NCBI RefSeq assembly: GCF_009931435.1
Contig: NZ_CP043414.1
From: Escherichia coli
GTDB lineage: Bacteria; Pseudomonadota; Gammaproteobacteria; Enterobacterales; Enterobacteriaceae
DNA length: 64,000 nucleotides
Direction: 5' to 3' (one strand)
This document shows, piece after piece, positions 48,333-57,959 of this stretch (the stretch's first letter is position 1; every line of letters starts with the position of its first letter). A model generated the notes under the pieces. The model worked only from the letters and a program-made list of their open reading frames with translations, did not search any database and was not told the origin of the DNA. The position numbers and the translations under genes were made by a program.

Positions 48333-49958
48333 ATGCGAATGAAAACAGTGCAGCGTACTTTACTTGCCGCAACATTGCTGACTATTTTTTCGGTTTCAGT
48401 CATGGCGCAGGATGTCACGATTATTTATACAAATGATCTTCACGCTCATGTGGATTCTTATAAAGTGCCGTATATCGCAGACGGAAAACGCGACATTGGC
48501 GGCTTTGCCAATATATCTACTTTAGTAAAACAAGAGAAAGCGAAAAATAAAGCCACCTTTTATTTTGATGCTGGAGACTATTTCACCGGCCCTTATATCA
48601 GCAGTCTGACAAAGGGCGAAGCAATAATTGACATTATGAATACCATGCCTTTTGACGCAGTATCAATCGGTAATCATGAGTTTGACCATGGCTGGGATAA
48701 TGCCCTGCGACAATTAAGCAAAGCGAATTTTCCTGTTTTATTGGGCAATGTTTATCATAAAGAGAGTGAGAAACCCTTCTGGAACAAGCCCTACACCATC
48801 CTGGAAAAAGATGGCATCAAGATTGGTATTATTGGGCTACACGGCGTATTTGCATTTAATGATACGGTCTCGGAGCTCTCTCTCCAGGGACTCGATAATG
48901 ACAATAATAACCGCTTTGATAAATCTTCCGAGACCCTTAAGAATCAGGGGATTGAAGCACGTGATGAAGTGAAGTATTTGCAACATTATATCGACGAGTT
49001 ACGTGATAAGGTTGACCTCACTGTGGCGCTGGTTCATGAAGGCGTTCCGGCGCGTCAGTCCAGCATTGGCAATACAGATGTTAGACGCGCTCTTGATAAA
49101 GATATTCAAACCGCTAGCAAGGTGAAAGGATTGGATATTCTGATTACCGGGCATGCCCACGTCGGAACGCCAGAACCAATCAAAGTCGGCAACACCTTAA
49201 TCCTTTCAACTGATAGTGGCGGTATCGATATTGGTAAATTAGTCCTTGATGTCAACCCTACAGCTCGTACCCATAAAATGAAGAGCTTTGAGCTGAAAAC
49301 AGTTTATGCCGATGAATGGATACCCGATCCAACGACACAAAAAGTTATCAATGGCTGGAATAAAAAACTGGCGGATATTGTACGCCAACCAGTGGGTGAA
49401 TCATCGATTGCATTAACTCGCGCCTATGGTGAGTCATCGCAACTAGGCAACCTGTTTACCGATGCAATGCTTGTCGCTGCTCCGACTGCACAGATTGCAT
49501 TGATAAACTCCGGCAGCTTACGTGCGGATATAAATGCAGGCACGATTACCTTTGGCGACATTACCAGTACATTCCCCTTCAAGAATGAACTTACTGAAAT
49601 GGATCTCAGCGGTAAGGATCTGCGTAACCTACTGGAACACGGGGCATCGCTTACCAATGGCATCCTGCAAATGTCAAAAGGCGCAGAAATGCGCTATACC
49701 CCGCAGAAACCAGTAGGTCAGCGCATAGTATCTTTTAAAATTAATAGTGAAGAGATCGTTGATACGAATATTTACCATGTTGCAACAACGACTTTCCTTG
49801 CACTGGGGGGCGATGGTTTTCTGGCATTCAAAGAAGGGAAAAATGTTCAGGTCCGCGCCGGAAATAACATGTCCGATGTCGTGATCGATTATTTGAAGAA
49901 AGGCCACAAGATTACGCCTGCACAGGTAAATGAAATGCGGGTGGACGTTAGCAAATAA
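48333..49958 (+). CDS. Periplasmic bifunctional metallophosphatase / 5'-nucleotidase, UshA-like (paralog 3)
   Basis: 541-aa ORF, about 70 percent identical by eye to paralog 1, with an extra roughly 25-aa insert (ELSLQGLDNDNNNRFDKSSETLKNQ). Confidence 0.85.
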   Translation: MRMKTVQRTLLAATLLTIFSVSVMAQDVTIIYTNDLHAHVDSYKVPYIADGKRDIGGFANISTLVKQEKAKNKATFYFDAGDYFTGPYISSLTKGEAIIDIMNTMPFDAVSIGNHEFDHGWDNALRQLSKANFPVLLGNVYHKESEKPFWNKPYTILEKDGIKIGIIGLHGVFAFNDTVSELSLQGLDNDNNNRFDKSSETLKNQGIEARDEVKYLQHYIDELRDKVDLTVALVHEGVPARQSSIGNTDVRRALDKDIQTASKVKGLDILITGHAHVGTPEPIKVGNTLILSTDSGGIDIGKLVLDVNPTARTHKMKSFELKTVYADEWIPDPTTQKVINGWNKKLADIVRQPVGESSIALTRAYGESSQLGNLFTDAMLVAAPTAQIALINSGSLRADINAGTITFGDITSTFPFKNELTEMDLSGKDLRNLLEHGASLTNGILQMSKGAEMRYTPQKPVGQRIVSFKINSEEIVDTNIYHVATTTFLALGGDGFLAFKEGKNVQVRAGNNMSDVVIDYLKKGHKITPAQVNEMRVDVSK

Positions 49959-50036
49959 TAAAAAAATTATAATGCCATTCATTCACTGAATGGCATTATT
50001 TTTCTCTAAATCAACAATAGATAATGAGATATATTT

Positions 50037-50897
50037 ATGTGTATAAAAAAGCACGGGATAGCTTTATCGATTCTATTAATACCTTGCATTGGAAACGCTC
50101 AGGAAATTAAAAGTGAGGAAGGCTGGTTACATCAAAGCTTGAATGTCATTGGTCGCACAGACTCTCGCTTTGGCCCAAGGCTGACTAACGACCTCTACCC
50201 TGAATATACTGTAGCAGGAAGAAAAGACTGGTTTGATTTTTATGGTTATGTTGATCTACCAAAATTCTTTGGCGTCGGCAGTCACTATGATGTTGGGATC
50301 TGGGATGAGGGCTCACCACTATTTACGGAAATAGAACCTCGGTTTTCCATTGACAAATTGACCGGATTAAATCTTGCGTTCGGCCCTTTTAAAGAATGGT
50401 TCATTGCAAACAACTATGTCTATGATATGGGTGACAACCAGTCATCCCGGCAAAGTACATGGTATATGGGGCTTGGTACAGATATCGACACGGGTCTACC
50501 AATTAAGCTTTCTGCCAATATATACGCCAAGTATCAGTGGCAAAACTATGGTGCCGCTAATGAAAATGAATGGGACGGATATCGATTCAAAATAAAATAT
50601 AGCATTCCTCTTACCCATTTATTCGGAGGGCGATTGGTATACAATAGTTTTACTAACTTTGATTTTGGCTCCGATCTTGCGGACAAATCACACAATAATA
50701 AACGAACCAGTAATGCTATTGCTTCAAGCCATATCCTTTCCCTGCTATATGAACACTGGAAATTTGCATTTACACTACGTTATTTTCACAACGGTGGACA
50801 ATGGAATGCTGGGGAGAAAGTTAACTTCGGAGATGGTCCATTTGAATTAAAAAACACAGGATGGGGAACCTATACTACTATTGGTTATCAATTTTAA
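50037..50897 (+). CDS. Tsx-family nucleoside-specific outer-membrane channel
   Basis: 286-aa ORF with signal peptide; [110 protein letters not shown]...GYQF follows Tsx nearly block for block. Confidence 0.88.
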   Translation: MCIKKHGIALSILLIPCIGNAQEIKSEEGWLHQSLNVIGRTDSRFGPRLTNDLYPEYTVAGRKDWFDFYGYVDLPKFFGVGSHYDVGIWDEGSPLFTEIEPRFSIDKLTGLNLAFGPFKEWFIANNYVYDMGDNQSSRQSTWYMGLGTDIDTGLPIKLSANIYAKYQWQNYGAANENEWDGYRFKIKYSIPLTHLFGGRLVYNSFTNFDFGSDLADKSHNNKRTSNAIASSHILSLLYEHWKFAFTLRYFHNGGQWNAGEKVNFGDGPFELKNTGWGTYTTIGYQF

Positions 50898-51042
50898 ATC
50901 AGGTGATGTTTTAGATATTTTTACTTAATGCCATTTTGTAATTGTCATAAATAACTTCACCATTCACACTGTGAATTCATCGCTCAACACAAAAGCCCCC
51001 TTATTACCGGGGCACTGACCAAAGGCAAAATGACAATCAATC

Positions 51043-51104
51043 ACCACCTCCGCAGGAGGTGGTTTAGAGGTGACAACAAAAGCTGGCAACTGCCAGCTTT
51101 TGTT
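51043..51104. terminator. Two hairpins between the convergent tsx-like gene and metL
   Basis: caccacctccgcaggaggtgg and aaaagctggcaactgccagcttttgtt inverted repeats. Confidence 0.5.
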
Positions 51105-51113
51105 CAATAATCA

Positions 51114-53546
51114 CTACAACAACTGCGCCAGACGGTTAATATCCGACTGAATCGCCCCGGCGGTGACGTCGCGCCCTGCGCCTGGCCCACGGATCACCAG
51201 CGGGTTGTCGCGATACCAGCGGCTTTCGATGGCAAAGACGTTATCGCACGGTAGTAGTGATGCCAGCGGATGGTCTTCTCGCACCGCTTCCACGCCTACT
51301 CGCGCTTTGCCGTTAGCATCGAAACGCGCCACGTAGCGCAACACCAGCCCCATTTCACGGGCCGCTTCCAACCGTTGTACCATCTGCTCATTAAGTTCAT
51401 CGCCATTTTCAAAGAAATGGTCGATGCTGCCACCTTCGCAATGGGTTGGCACCAGTGATTCAACACGCACCTGGTCCGGTTCAATGTTGTAACCCGCTTC
51501 ACGCGCCAGAATCACCAGCTTGCGCATCACGTCTTTGCCGGAGAGGTCATCACGCGGGTCAGGTTCAGTTAAGCCCTGCTGCCACGCCTGATCCACCAGC
51601 TCGGTAAACGGCACGCTACCGTCGAATTGCAGGAACAGCCAGGAGAGCGTGCCGGAGAAGATCCCGCTGATCGACAAAATAGTGTCGCCGCTGTCGATCA
51701 GATCGCGCACGGTATGGTTGATCGGCAAACCTGCGCCGACGGTGGCGTTGTATAGCCAGTGACGCCCGGTTTTTTCGAACGCGTCGTGGATCTGTCGATA
51801 TTTATTGCTGTCGCTGGCTCCCGCCAGTTTGTTGGCACTGATGACGTGGAAACCGTGGCTGGCGAAATCGAGATACTGATCAGCAAGCTGCTGGCTGGCA
51901 GTAACGTCCAGCACAACTAAATCATCATACGGATGGGCACGCATCCACAGGAACAGCGACTCTTCATCCTGTTCGACGGCTTCATCATTAAAGAAGGCTA
52001 GCGCACGGCTGGCGTCCAGCCCGTCATAGCTCAACAGGCTGCGACGGCTGTCCACCACGCCTGCCAGCACAAATTCAAAGCCGGTGCGCGCCGAGAGTGT
52101 ACTCTGCTCACGGGCGAACAGTTCCAGCCAGCGGGAACCGATATTGCCCTTACCGAACAATACCAGGCCGATGCGTTTTTCTGCGCGGAAGACGGACTGA
52201 TGCAGCCCCTGAATCAGGCTTTCGGTCGGGCCGGTGCGCAGTACTGCCACCAGGCTGATGCCGTCATCGGACTGCCAGGTAAACTCGACCGGCTGGCCTT
52301 TCAGTTGCTGCCAGAAGCGGTGGCAATGCAGCGGGTTACGGGTGACGCCCGCCCCAACCATCGCCACCAGCGCCAGCCCCTGACGCAGACGCAGTTCGCC
52401 GGGTAATCCTGCTTCGTCGAGGATTTTCAGCGCACTGTCGGCCACTTCCGAGGTGTAGCAAAATTGCAGCAACTGGCGATCGTTATGCACGCCAACTGCC
52501 AGTGGGCGCACCTGAGCACGTTTCAGGATTTGGTCGATCTCTTTATGCGCCAGTTTAAAATCCTGACTGGCGGGCACCTGAAACTCAATCAAACAGACAT
52601 CATCGTGGCTGGTGACAATACGCGCGCCAGTACCTGAGGCCAGCACGCGTTCAATGCGCGTGGAACCTTGATCCGGCGTGTAGCTACAGCGCAGCTGCAG
52701 GTCGATTTCGCTGCCAGAAACTGGCTGTAAAGTACGGGCGTGAAGAACGGGGGCCGCCAGACGCGCCAGTTCGCTGGCTTCATCCAGACGCAGCAACGGC
52801 AGCAGGCAGGCGTCTTTCACTTTACGCGGGTCGGCGCTATATACCCCGGCGACATCGCTCCAGATGGTTACGCGGGAAACTCCCGCCAGCGCACCGATTT
52901 GTGTCGCGGAATAGTCGGAACCGTTACGCCCCAGCAGCACCGTTTCACCGGCGTTGTTACGGCTGATAAACCCGGTCACCACCAGACGTTTGCCCGGATG
53001 TTGTACCAGTAGCTGTTGCAGCAACGGGTAAGAAAGCCCTTCATCAACCTGCGGCTGCGCGGCGCGTTCAGCGCGTAAAAACTCGCGGGCATCAAGCCAG
53101 GCCGCTGGCAGCCCTTGTTGATTAAGTACCGCAGACATCAGGCGCGCCGACCACACTTCACCGTGGCCCACCACTTCCGCATACACCGCATCGTTAATAC
53201 CGCTGTCGAGCAGCGCCGCCAGGCGTTCCAGATCGCTGACAAAAGCGCTAATGAGGCTATCGGCTTCTTCAGCGGGTAGCAGGCCGCTAATCAGATCGCA
53301 CTGATAGCGACGCAGCGTTTGTTGAACCTGATGCGCAGAGAGACGATCGGTCTGGCTTAGTTTCAACCAGTTAATCAACTGGTTAGTGGTGCTACCGGCG
53401 GCGGAAACCACCATCATATCGTCAGGCTGAGAGTACTCCGCCATAATGCCCGCGACACGCAAATAACACTTCACATCAGCCAGACTACTGCCACCAAATT
53501 TATGCAGTTGACGACCTTTCGCCCCTGCCTGCGCAATCACACTCAT
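51114..53546 (-). CDS. metL: Bifunctional aspartokinase II / homoserine dehydrogenase II
   Basis: 810-aa ORF MSVIAQAGAKGRQLHKFGGSSLADVKCYLRVAGIMAEY. Confidence 0.95.
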   Translation of the reverse strand: MSVIAQAGAKGRQLHKFGGSSLADVKCYLRVAGIMAEYSQPDDMMVVSAAGSTTNQLINWLKLSQTDRLSAHQVQQTLRRYQCDLISGLLPAEEADSLISAFVSDLERLAALLDSGINDAVYAEVVGHGEVWSARLMSAVLNQQGLPAAWLDAREFLRAERAAQPQVDEGLSYPLLQQLLVQHPGKRLVVTGFISRNNAGETVLLGRNGSDYSATQIGALAGVSRVTIWSDVAGVYSADPRKVKDACLLPLLRLDEASELARLAAPVLHARTLQPVSGSEIDLQLRCSYTPDQGSTRIERVLASGTGARIVTSHDDVCLIEFQVPASQDFKLAHKEIDQILKRAQVRPLAVGVHNDRQLLQFCYTSEVADSALKILDEAGLPGELRLRQGLALVAMVGAGVTRNPLHCHRFWQQLKGQPVEFTWQSDDGISLVAVLRTGPTESLIQGLHQSVFRAEKRIGLVLFGKGNIGSRWLELFAREQSTLSARTGFEFVLAGVVDSRRSLLSYDGLDASRALAFFNDEAVEQDEESLFLWMRAHPYDDLVVLDVTASQQLADQYLDFASHGFHVISANKLAGASDSNKYRQIHDAFEKTGRHWLYNATVGAGLPINHTVRDLIDSGDTILSISGIFSGTLSWLFLQFDGSVPFTELVDQAWQQGLTEPDPRDDLSGKDVMRKLVILAREAGYNIEPDQVRVESLVPTHCEGGSIDHFFENGDELNEQMVQRLEAAREMGLVLRYVARFDANGKARVGVEAVREDHPLASLLPCDNVFAIESRWYRDNPLVIRGPGAGRDVTAGAIQSDINRLAQLL

Positions 53547-53548
53547 TT

Positions 53549-54709
53549 TTACCCCTTGTTTGCAGCCCGGAAGCCATTTTCCAGGTCGGCAATTAAATCT
53601 TCGCCATCTTCAATACCGGTGGAGATACGCAGCAGCGTCTCGGAGATCCCGGCGGCAGCACGCGCTTCTGGTGCCATGCCTGCATGTGTCATGGTTGCGG
53701 CGTGAGAGATTAAACTTTCCACTCCCCCTAATGATTCCGCCAGCGTAAACAACGACACCCCGCCCAGGAAACGACGCAGCGTCTGCTCATCGCCATCCAG
53801 TTCAAAACTCAACATTGCGCCAAAGCCTTTTTGCTGGCGCGCGGCAATTTCATGCCCCTGATTTTCCGGCAGCGACGGGTGATACAGTTTTTTCACTAAC
53901 GGCTGGGTTTGCAGATATTTCACTATCGCCTGCGCGTTGCGCTGCGCCAGCTCCATACGCGGCACCAGCGTTCGCAAACCGCGCAGCAACAAATAACTGT
54001 CAAACGCGCCGCCCGTCACGCCAATATTGTTTGCCCACCAGGCCAGTTCGGTGACAACGTCCGGGTCTTTAGCAATCACCACGCCAGCCACTACATCTGA
54101 GTGACCGTTCAGATATTTCGTACATGAATGCAACACCAGATCGGCACCTAATGCCAGTGGATTTTGTAATGCCGGGCTTAAGAAGGTGTTATCCACCACG
54201 CTCACCGCCCCAACTTCCCTTGCCAGATGGCAGATTTTCGCAATATCCACGACGCGTAACAATGGATTACTGGGGCTTTCTACCAGTACCAGTTTGGGTT
54301 TTTCTGCCAGCGCCGCCCGTAATGCCTGTTCATCGCCCTGATCAACAAACAACACGCGATAGCAACCACGTTTCGCCAGGCTGTCGAACAGGCGATAGCT
54401 GCCGCCATAGCAGTCGTGCGGCGCAACCAGCAGATCGCCAGGTTTCAAAAAGACGGTCGTTACCAGGTGGATCGCGGACATGCCGGTATTAGTAAGTACT
54501 GCACCAGCACCGCCTTCCAGTTCAGCCAGCGCACGCTGAACCACATCGCGCGTTGGGTTGCCGCGACGCGAGTAATCATGCGCGCGCGGTTCATTAAATC
54601 CGGTAAAGTTATAGGTGCTGGAAAGATGGATTGGAGGGACAACGCAACCATACTGTTCGTCGTCATTTAACCCGCTACGCACTGCGATGGTGGCCTGTTT
54701 ACGCGTCAT
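53549..54709 (-). CDS. metB: Cystathionine gamma-synthase
   Basis: ORF 53549..54886; start placed at MTRKQATIAVRSGLNDDEQYGCVVPPIHLSSTYNF (386 aa). Confidence 0.95.
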   Translation of the reverse strand: MTRKQATIAVRSGLNDDEQYGCVVPPIHLSSTYNFTGFNEPRAHDYSRRGNPTRDVVQRALAELEGGAGAVLTNTGMSAIHLVTTVFLKPGDLLVAPHDCYGGSYRLFDSLAKRGCYRVLFVDQGDEQALRAALAEKPKLVLVESPSNPLLRVVDIAKICHLAREVGAVSVVDNTFLSPALQNPLALGADLVLHSCTKYLNGHSDVVAGVVIAKDPDVVTELAWWANNIGVTGGAFDSYLLLRGLRTLVPRMELAQRNAQAIVKYLQTQPLVKKLYHPSLPENQGHEIAARQQKGFGAMLSFELDGDEQTLRRFLGGVSLFTLAESLGGVESLISHAATMTHAGMAPEARAAAGISETLLRISTGIEDGEDLIADLENGFRAANKG

Positions 54710-54759
54710 GTGATGAAGTTCCCTGGGCTTGGTCGGTGAAATGTCAGGCACCAGAGTAA

Positions 54760-54800
54760 ACATTGTGTTAATGGACGTCAATACATCTGGACATCTAAAC
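54760..54800. promoter_or_regulatory. metB / metJ divergent control region with met boxes
   Basis: ggacgtcaatacatctggacatctaaac carries tandem AGACGTCT-like repeats. Confidence 0.55.
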
Positions 54801-54985
54801 TTCTTTGCGTATAGATTGAGCAAATCCCAAATAGCCGTTAAAATTATATGCATTATCACGCCGACAGGTGCATTACACGATGTCACGGTAACGCCTGTAC
54901 GGTAAACTATGCGGGTTTACGGTCAGTACCCACATAAATTGTGTGGTCTGGTCTCAATTTATTGACGAAGAGGATTAAGTATCTC

Positions 54986-55303
54986 ATGGCTGAATGGAGC
55001 GGCGAATATATCAGCCCATACGCTGAGCACGGCAAGAAGAGTGAACAAGTCAAAAAGATTACGGTTTCCATTCCTCTTAAGGTGTTAAAAATCCTCACCG
55101 ATGAACGCACGCGTCGTCAGGTGAACAACCTGCGTCACGCTACCAACAGCGAGCTGCTGTGCGAAGCGTTTCTGCATGCCTTTACCGGGCAACCTCTGCC
55201 GGATGATGCCGACCTGCGTAAAGAGCGCAGTGACGAAATCCCGGAAGCGGCAAAAGAGATCATGCGTGAGATGGGGATTAACCCGGAAACGTGGGAATAC
55301 TAA
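54986..55303 (+). CDS. metJ: Methionine repressor MetJ
   Basis: ORF 54941..55303; start placed at [37 protein letters not shown] (105 aa). Confidence 0.95.
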
Positions 55304-55362
55304 AGCGGAAAAGAGCGGCGCGGAGTTAACCAGCCGCTTTTTTCATACATGGACGTTTAACT

Positions 55363-55971
55363 ATGAAATACAGGCTACTGATCCTCAGCCTGCTGGTTTC
55401 TGTGCCTGCCCTTGCCTGGCAGCCGGAAACTGGCGACATCATCTTTCAGATCTCTCGCTCATCGCAAAGTAAAGCAATCCAACTGGCGACCCATTCCGAT
55501 TACAGCCACACCGGTATGCTGGTGATGCGTAACAAAAAGCCCTACGTTTTTGAAGCGGTCGGCCCGGTGAAATACACCCCGCTCAAGCAGTGGATCGCCC
55601 ATGGTGAAAAGGGCAAATACGTTGTTCGCCGCGTTGAAGGCGGACTGAGTGTTGAACAACAGCAAAAACTGGCGCAAACGGCAAAACGTTATCTCGGAAA
55701 ACCGTACGATTTCAGCTTCTCATGGAGCGACGATCGCCAGTACTGTTCGGAAGTGGTGTGGAAGGTTTACCAGAATGCGCTGGGGATGCGCGTGGGTGAA
55801 CAGCAAAAACTGAAAGAGTTCGATCTCAGCAACCCGCTGGTTCAGGCGAAGCTCAAAGAACGTTACGGGAAAAATATTCCGCTTGAGGAAACGGTGGTCT
55901 CGCCACAAGCCGTTTTCGATGCGCCACAACTCACCACAGTCGCCAAAGAATGGCCGCTGTTTTCGTGGTAA
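55363..55971 (+). CDS. yiiX: YiiX-family (permuted papain-like / DUF830) secreted protein
   Basis: 202-aa ORF MKYRLLILSLLVSVPALAWQPETGDIIFQ; position next to metJ matches yiiX. Confidence 0.88.
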   Translation: MKYRLLILSLLVSVPALAWQPETGDIIFQISRSSQSKAIQLATHSDYSHTGMLVMRNKKPYVFEAVGPVKYTPLKQWIAHGEKGKYVVRRVEGGLSVEQQQKLAQTAKRYLGKPYDFSFSWSDDRQYCSEVVWKVYQNALGMRVGEQQKLKEFDLSNPLVQAKLKERYGKNIPLEETVVSPQAVFDAPQLTTVAKEWPLFSW

Positions 55972-56063
55972 TGGATGATGAAAAAAATAATTCCCGCCGT
56001 AGTCTGTTTGTTGCTTTGTAGTTGCACGACCTTTCCGCAAGCTGTCGCTCCGGCAGGGAAAGA

Positions 56064-57202
56064 TTACGAAAGCCCGCTCCCCGCAAGGACTGACGCCAGA
56101 TACTTTCTGTCCATGGCTGCTTTTCGCATCTTACGTCTTAACCCTGCCTTGAATACCTTATCATTCGTTAAAATATTAATAGCGATGTGCCGTATCCCTG
56201 AAAATAATTCTGCGGCGTTTCCTCTTCGTATTTTGCAGTCGTCTTCATTCATTACCACGTCCAGACGCCAGTGCAGCTTATTCTCCACGTGCCAGTGATT
56301 TCGGATCGCTGTGGCGAACTTTTCTGCGGTTAAATCAGCAGAACTGATATAATATCTGACCGTCATTTCTGGCTCTTTCTTTTGTTCTGCTATTATTGAC
56401 CGAAAGGAGAATGCCACGCATAATTTCTTCAGTCCTTTCCATTCAAACGTGAAATCAATAAGTTCATCACGGACATCGCAAACAATATGAAGACGGATTT
56501 CTTCTCTGCCGTGACTCTTTTCACTCATTGCGTAACTGTCATGCTCTGGATTATTTAATTCTTTCAGCGGAAATTTTTCCTCGAAGGCTTTATTTAGCCG
56601 CCCCTGATTTCCTTTTACAGAGAATAAATAATCACCTCCCTGTTTTTGTATCTTCTCTGCAATATCTTTCTGGCAACCCATCGCATCAGTTGTGATAATT
56701 TTTCCTTTATATCCAGCATGTTAAGAAGTTCAGGGATAGCAGTAATCTCATTGGATTTCTCATCCGTCTTGATCTGTCCGATGACCAGACTGTGCATTGT
56801 TGAGAACGCACTAATGACATGAATCGCTCCCCTGCGGCGACTCTTGTCATAAGAATGCCGGAGTGTTTTTCCATCAATTGCGATGACGTCTTTATCATCT
56901 GAAGTATGGCAATCTCGCATCCAGTTAATAAAGCACTCGTGAAATTTTGAAGGACTGATACAGGATACAACTCTGGCGATGGTATCGTGAACAGGAATAC
57001 CATTTTCAAAATCACCATATTGTTTTAAAAAATCGCGATGTGCTTCCCCAAAATCCTCTATATGTTCCCAGCCTTCTGCACCAGAAATAACGGCACAAAT
57101 AGTCAACAGTAGAATATCCGACAATTTATGTTTCACTTTTGCAGGATTGTCTGCAATCGGGAATAACAGAAATATGTTCCATCAATTTTTTAAGTTCCAT
57201 TC
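56064..57202 (-). pseudogene. H-repeat-associated (ISAs1-family) transposase, disrupted by at least two frameshifts
   Basis: ORFs 56615..57136 and 56064..56681 together span an H-rpt transposase ([22 protein letters not shown]...DIKEK / [20 protein letters not shown]...[18 protein letters not shown]). The first codons ([11 protein letters not shown]) sit further upstream in another frame, reverse complement of 57170-57202. Confidence 0.8.
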
Positions 57203-57339
57203 TTTTCTCCTTAATTATGTAAGGAGTATTTGATCATGTATAAGCAATAAAAAAACAGCTTCAGGCAATGAGGAATATCTCAATTTTTAAACATAAAATG
57301 CGAATTGTTTAGTACAAAAAAGCAGCGTTAAGTGATCTT

Positions 57340-57585
57340 TCCCTGTCGGCATGTTGACCACTGACGAATGGGGTAGTTACGCTAGAGAGTTACCAAAGGA
57401 GAAGCATCTGACTGGTAAGATTTTTACTCAGCATATTGAGCGTAACAATCTGACCCTGAGAACCCGAATCAAACGTCTGGCCCGCAGAACCATCTGTTTC
57501 TCGCGTTCTGTAGAACTTCATGAAAAAGTCATCGGTGCTTTTATCGAAAATATATGTTCTACTAATTGGAGTCATCACCCTTCTG
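57340..57585 (+). mobile_element. IS1-family 3' remnant (InsB C-terminal fragment plus terminal inverted repeat)
   Basis: ORF 57351..57665 begins MLTTDEWGSYARELPKEKHLTGKIFTQHIERNNLTLRTRIKRLARRTICFSRSVELHEKVIG, matching the InsB C-terminus; aattggagtcatcaccc at about 57565-57580 resembles the IS1 terminal repeat. Confidence 0.7.
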
Positions 57586-57634
57586 ATGAGCTTTCCTTGG
57601 ATGATTACCAGACTGAATACATAGCCAAAGATTT

Positions 57635-57958
57635 TTACCTCATTCTGCTTTTTTTTCTCAAATGACATATATTATATTTTATATCATATTCATAGGCATA
57701 TGACATTCCCCCGCCCCCCATTATGTCATTGTGGGTTGATGTTGGGCTTTCATAAAAAAATACATCTTTTTTTGAACTAGCATTAATTATATTTACTTTA
57801 TATATTAAAATATTTTCTCCATCTGGAAATATTTTAGCCACACAATATAAAGCAGCTAAATCCGAATTACTTAAAAATATATTGTCATCACTCATAACTC
57901 CAGCCATTAAATGACTGGAGACTAAAGCAAGGAAATAACAACATTGTATTACCTTCAT
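57635..57958 (-). CDS. Candidate Rhs immunity protein (small AT-rich ORF overlapping the rhs stop)
   Basis: ORF 57635..57994; the MKVIQCCYFLALVSSHLMAG Met gives a 107-aa product starting 2 nt inside the rhs stop codon region. Assigned as immunity by position only. Confidence 0.6.
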   Translation of the reverse strand: MKVIQCCYFLALVSSHLMAGVMSDDNIFLSNSDLAALYCVAKIFPDGENILIYKVNIINASSKKDVFFYESPTSTHNDIMGGGGMSYAYEYDIKYNICHLRKKSRMR

Positions 57959-57959
57959 T

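Noticed and set aside
55975-56298. 107-aa ORF beginning with a lipoprotein-like signal peptide (MMKKIIPAVVCLLLCSC) just after yiiX
   Set aside because: Only the first roughly 30 codons lie outside the H-repeat transposase; the rest runs antisense through the transposase remnant. At best a short truncated gene fragment; not called as a feature.
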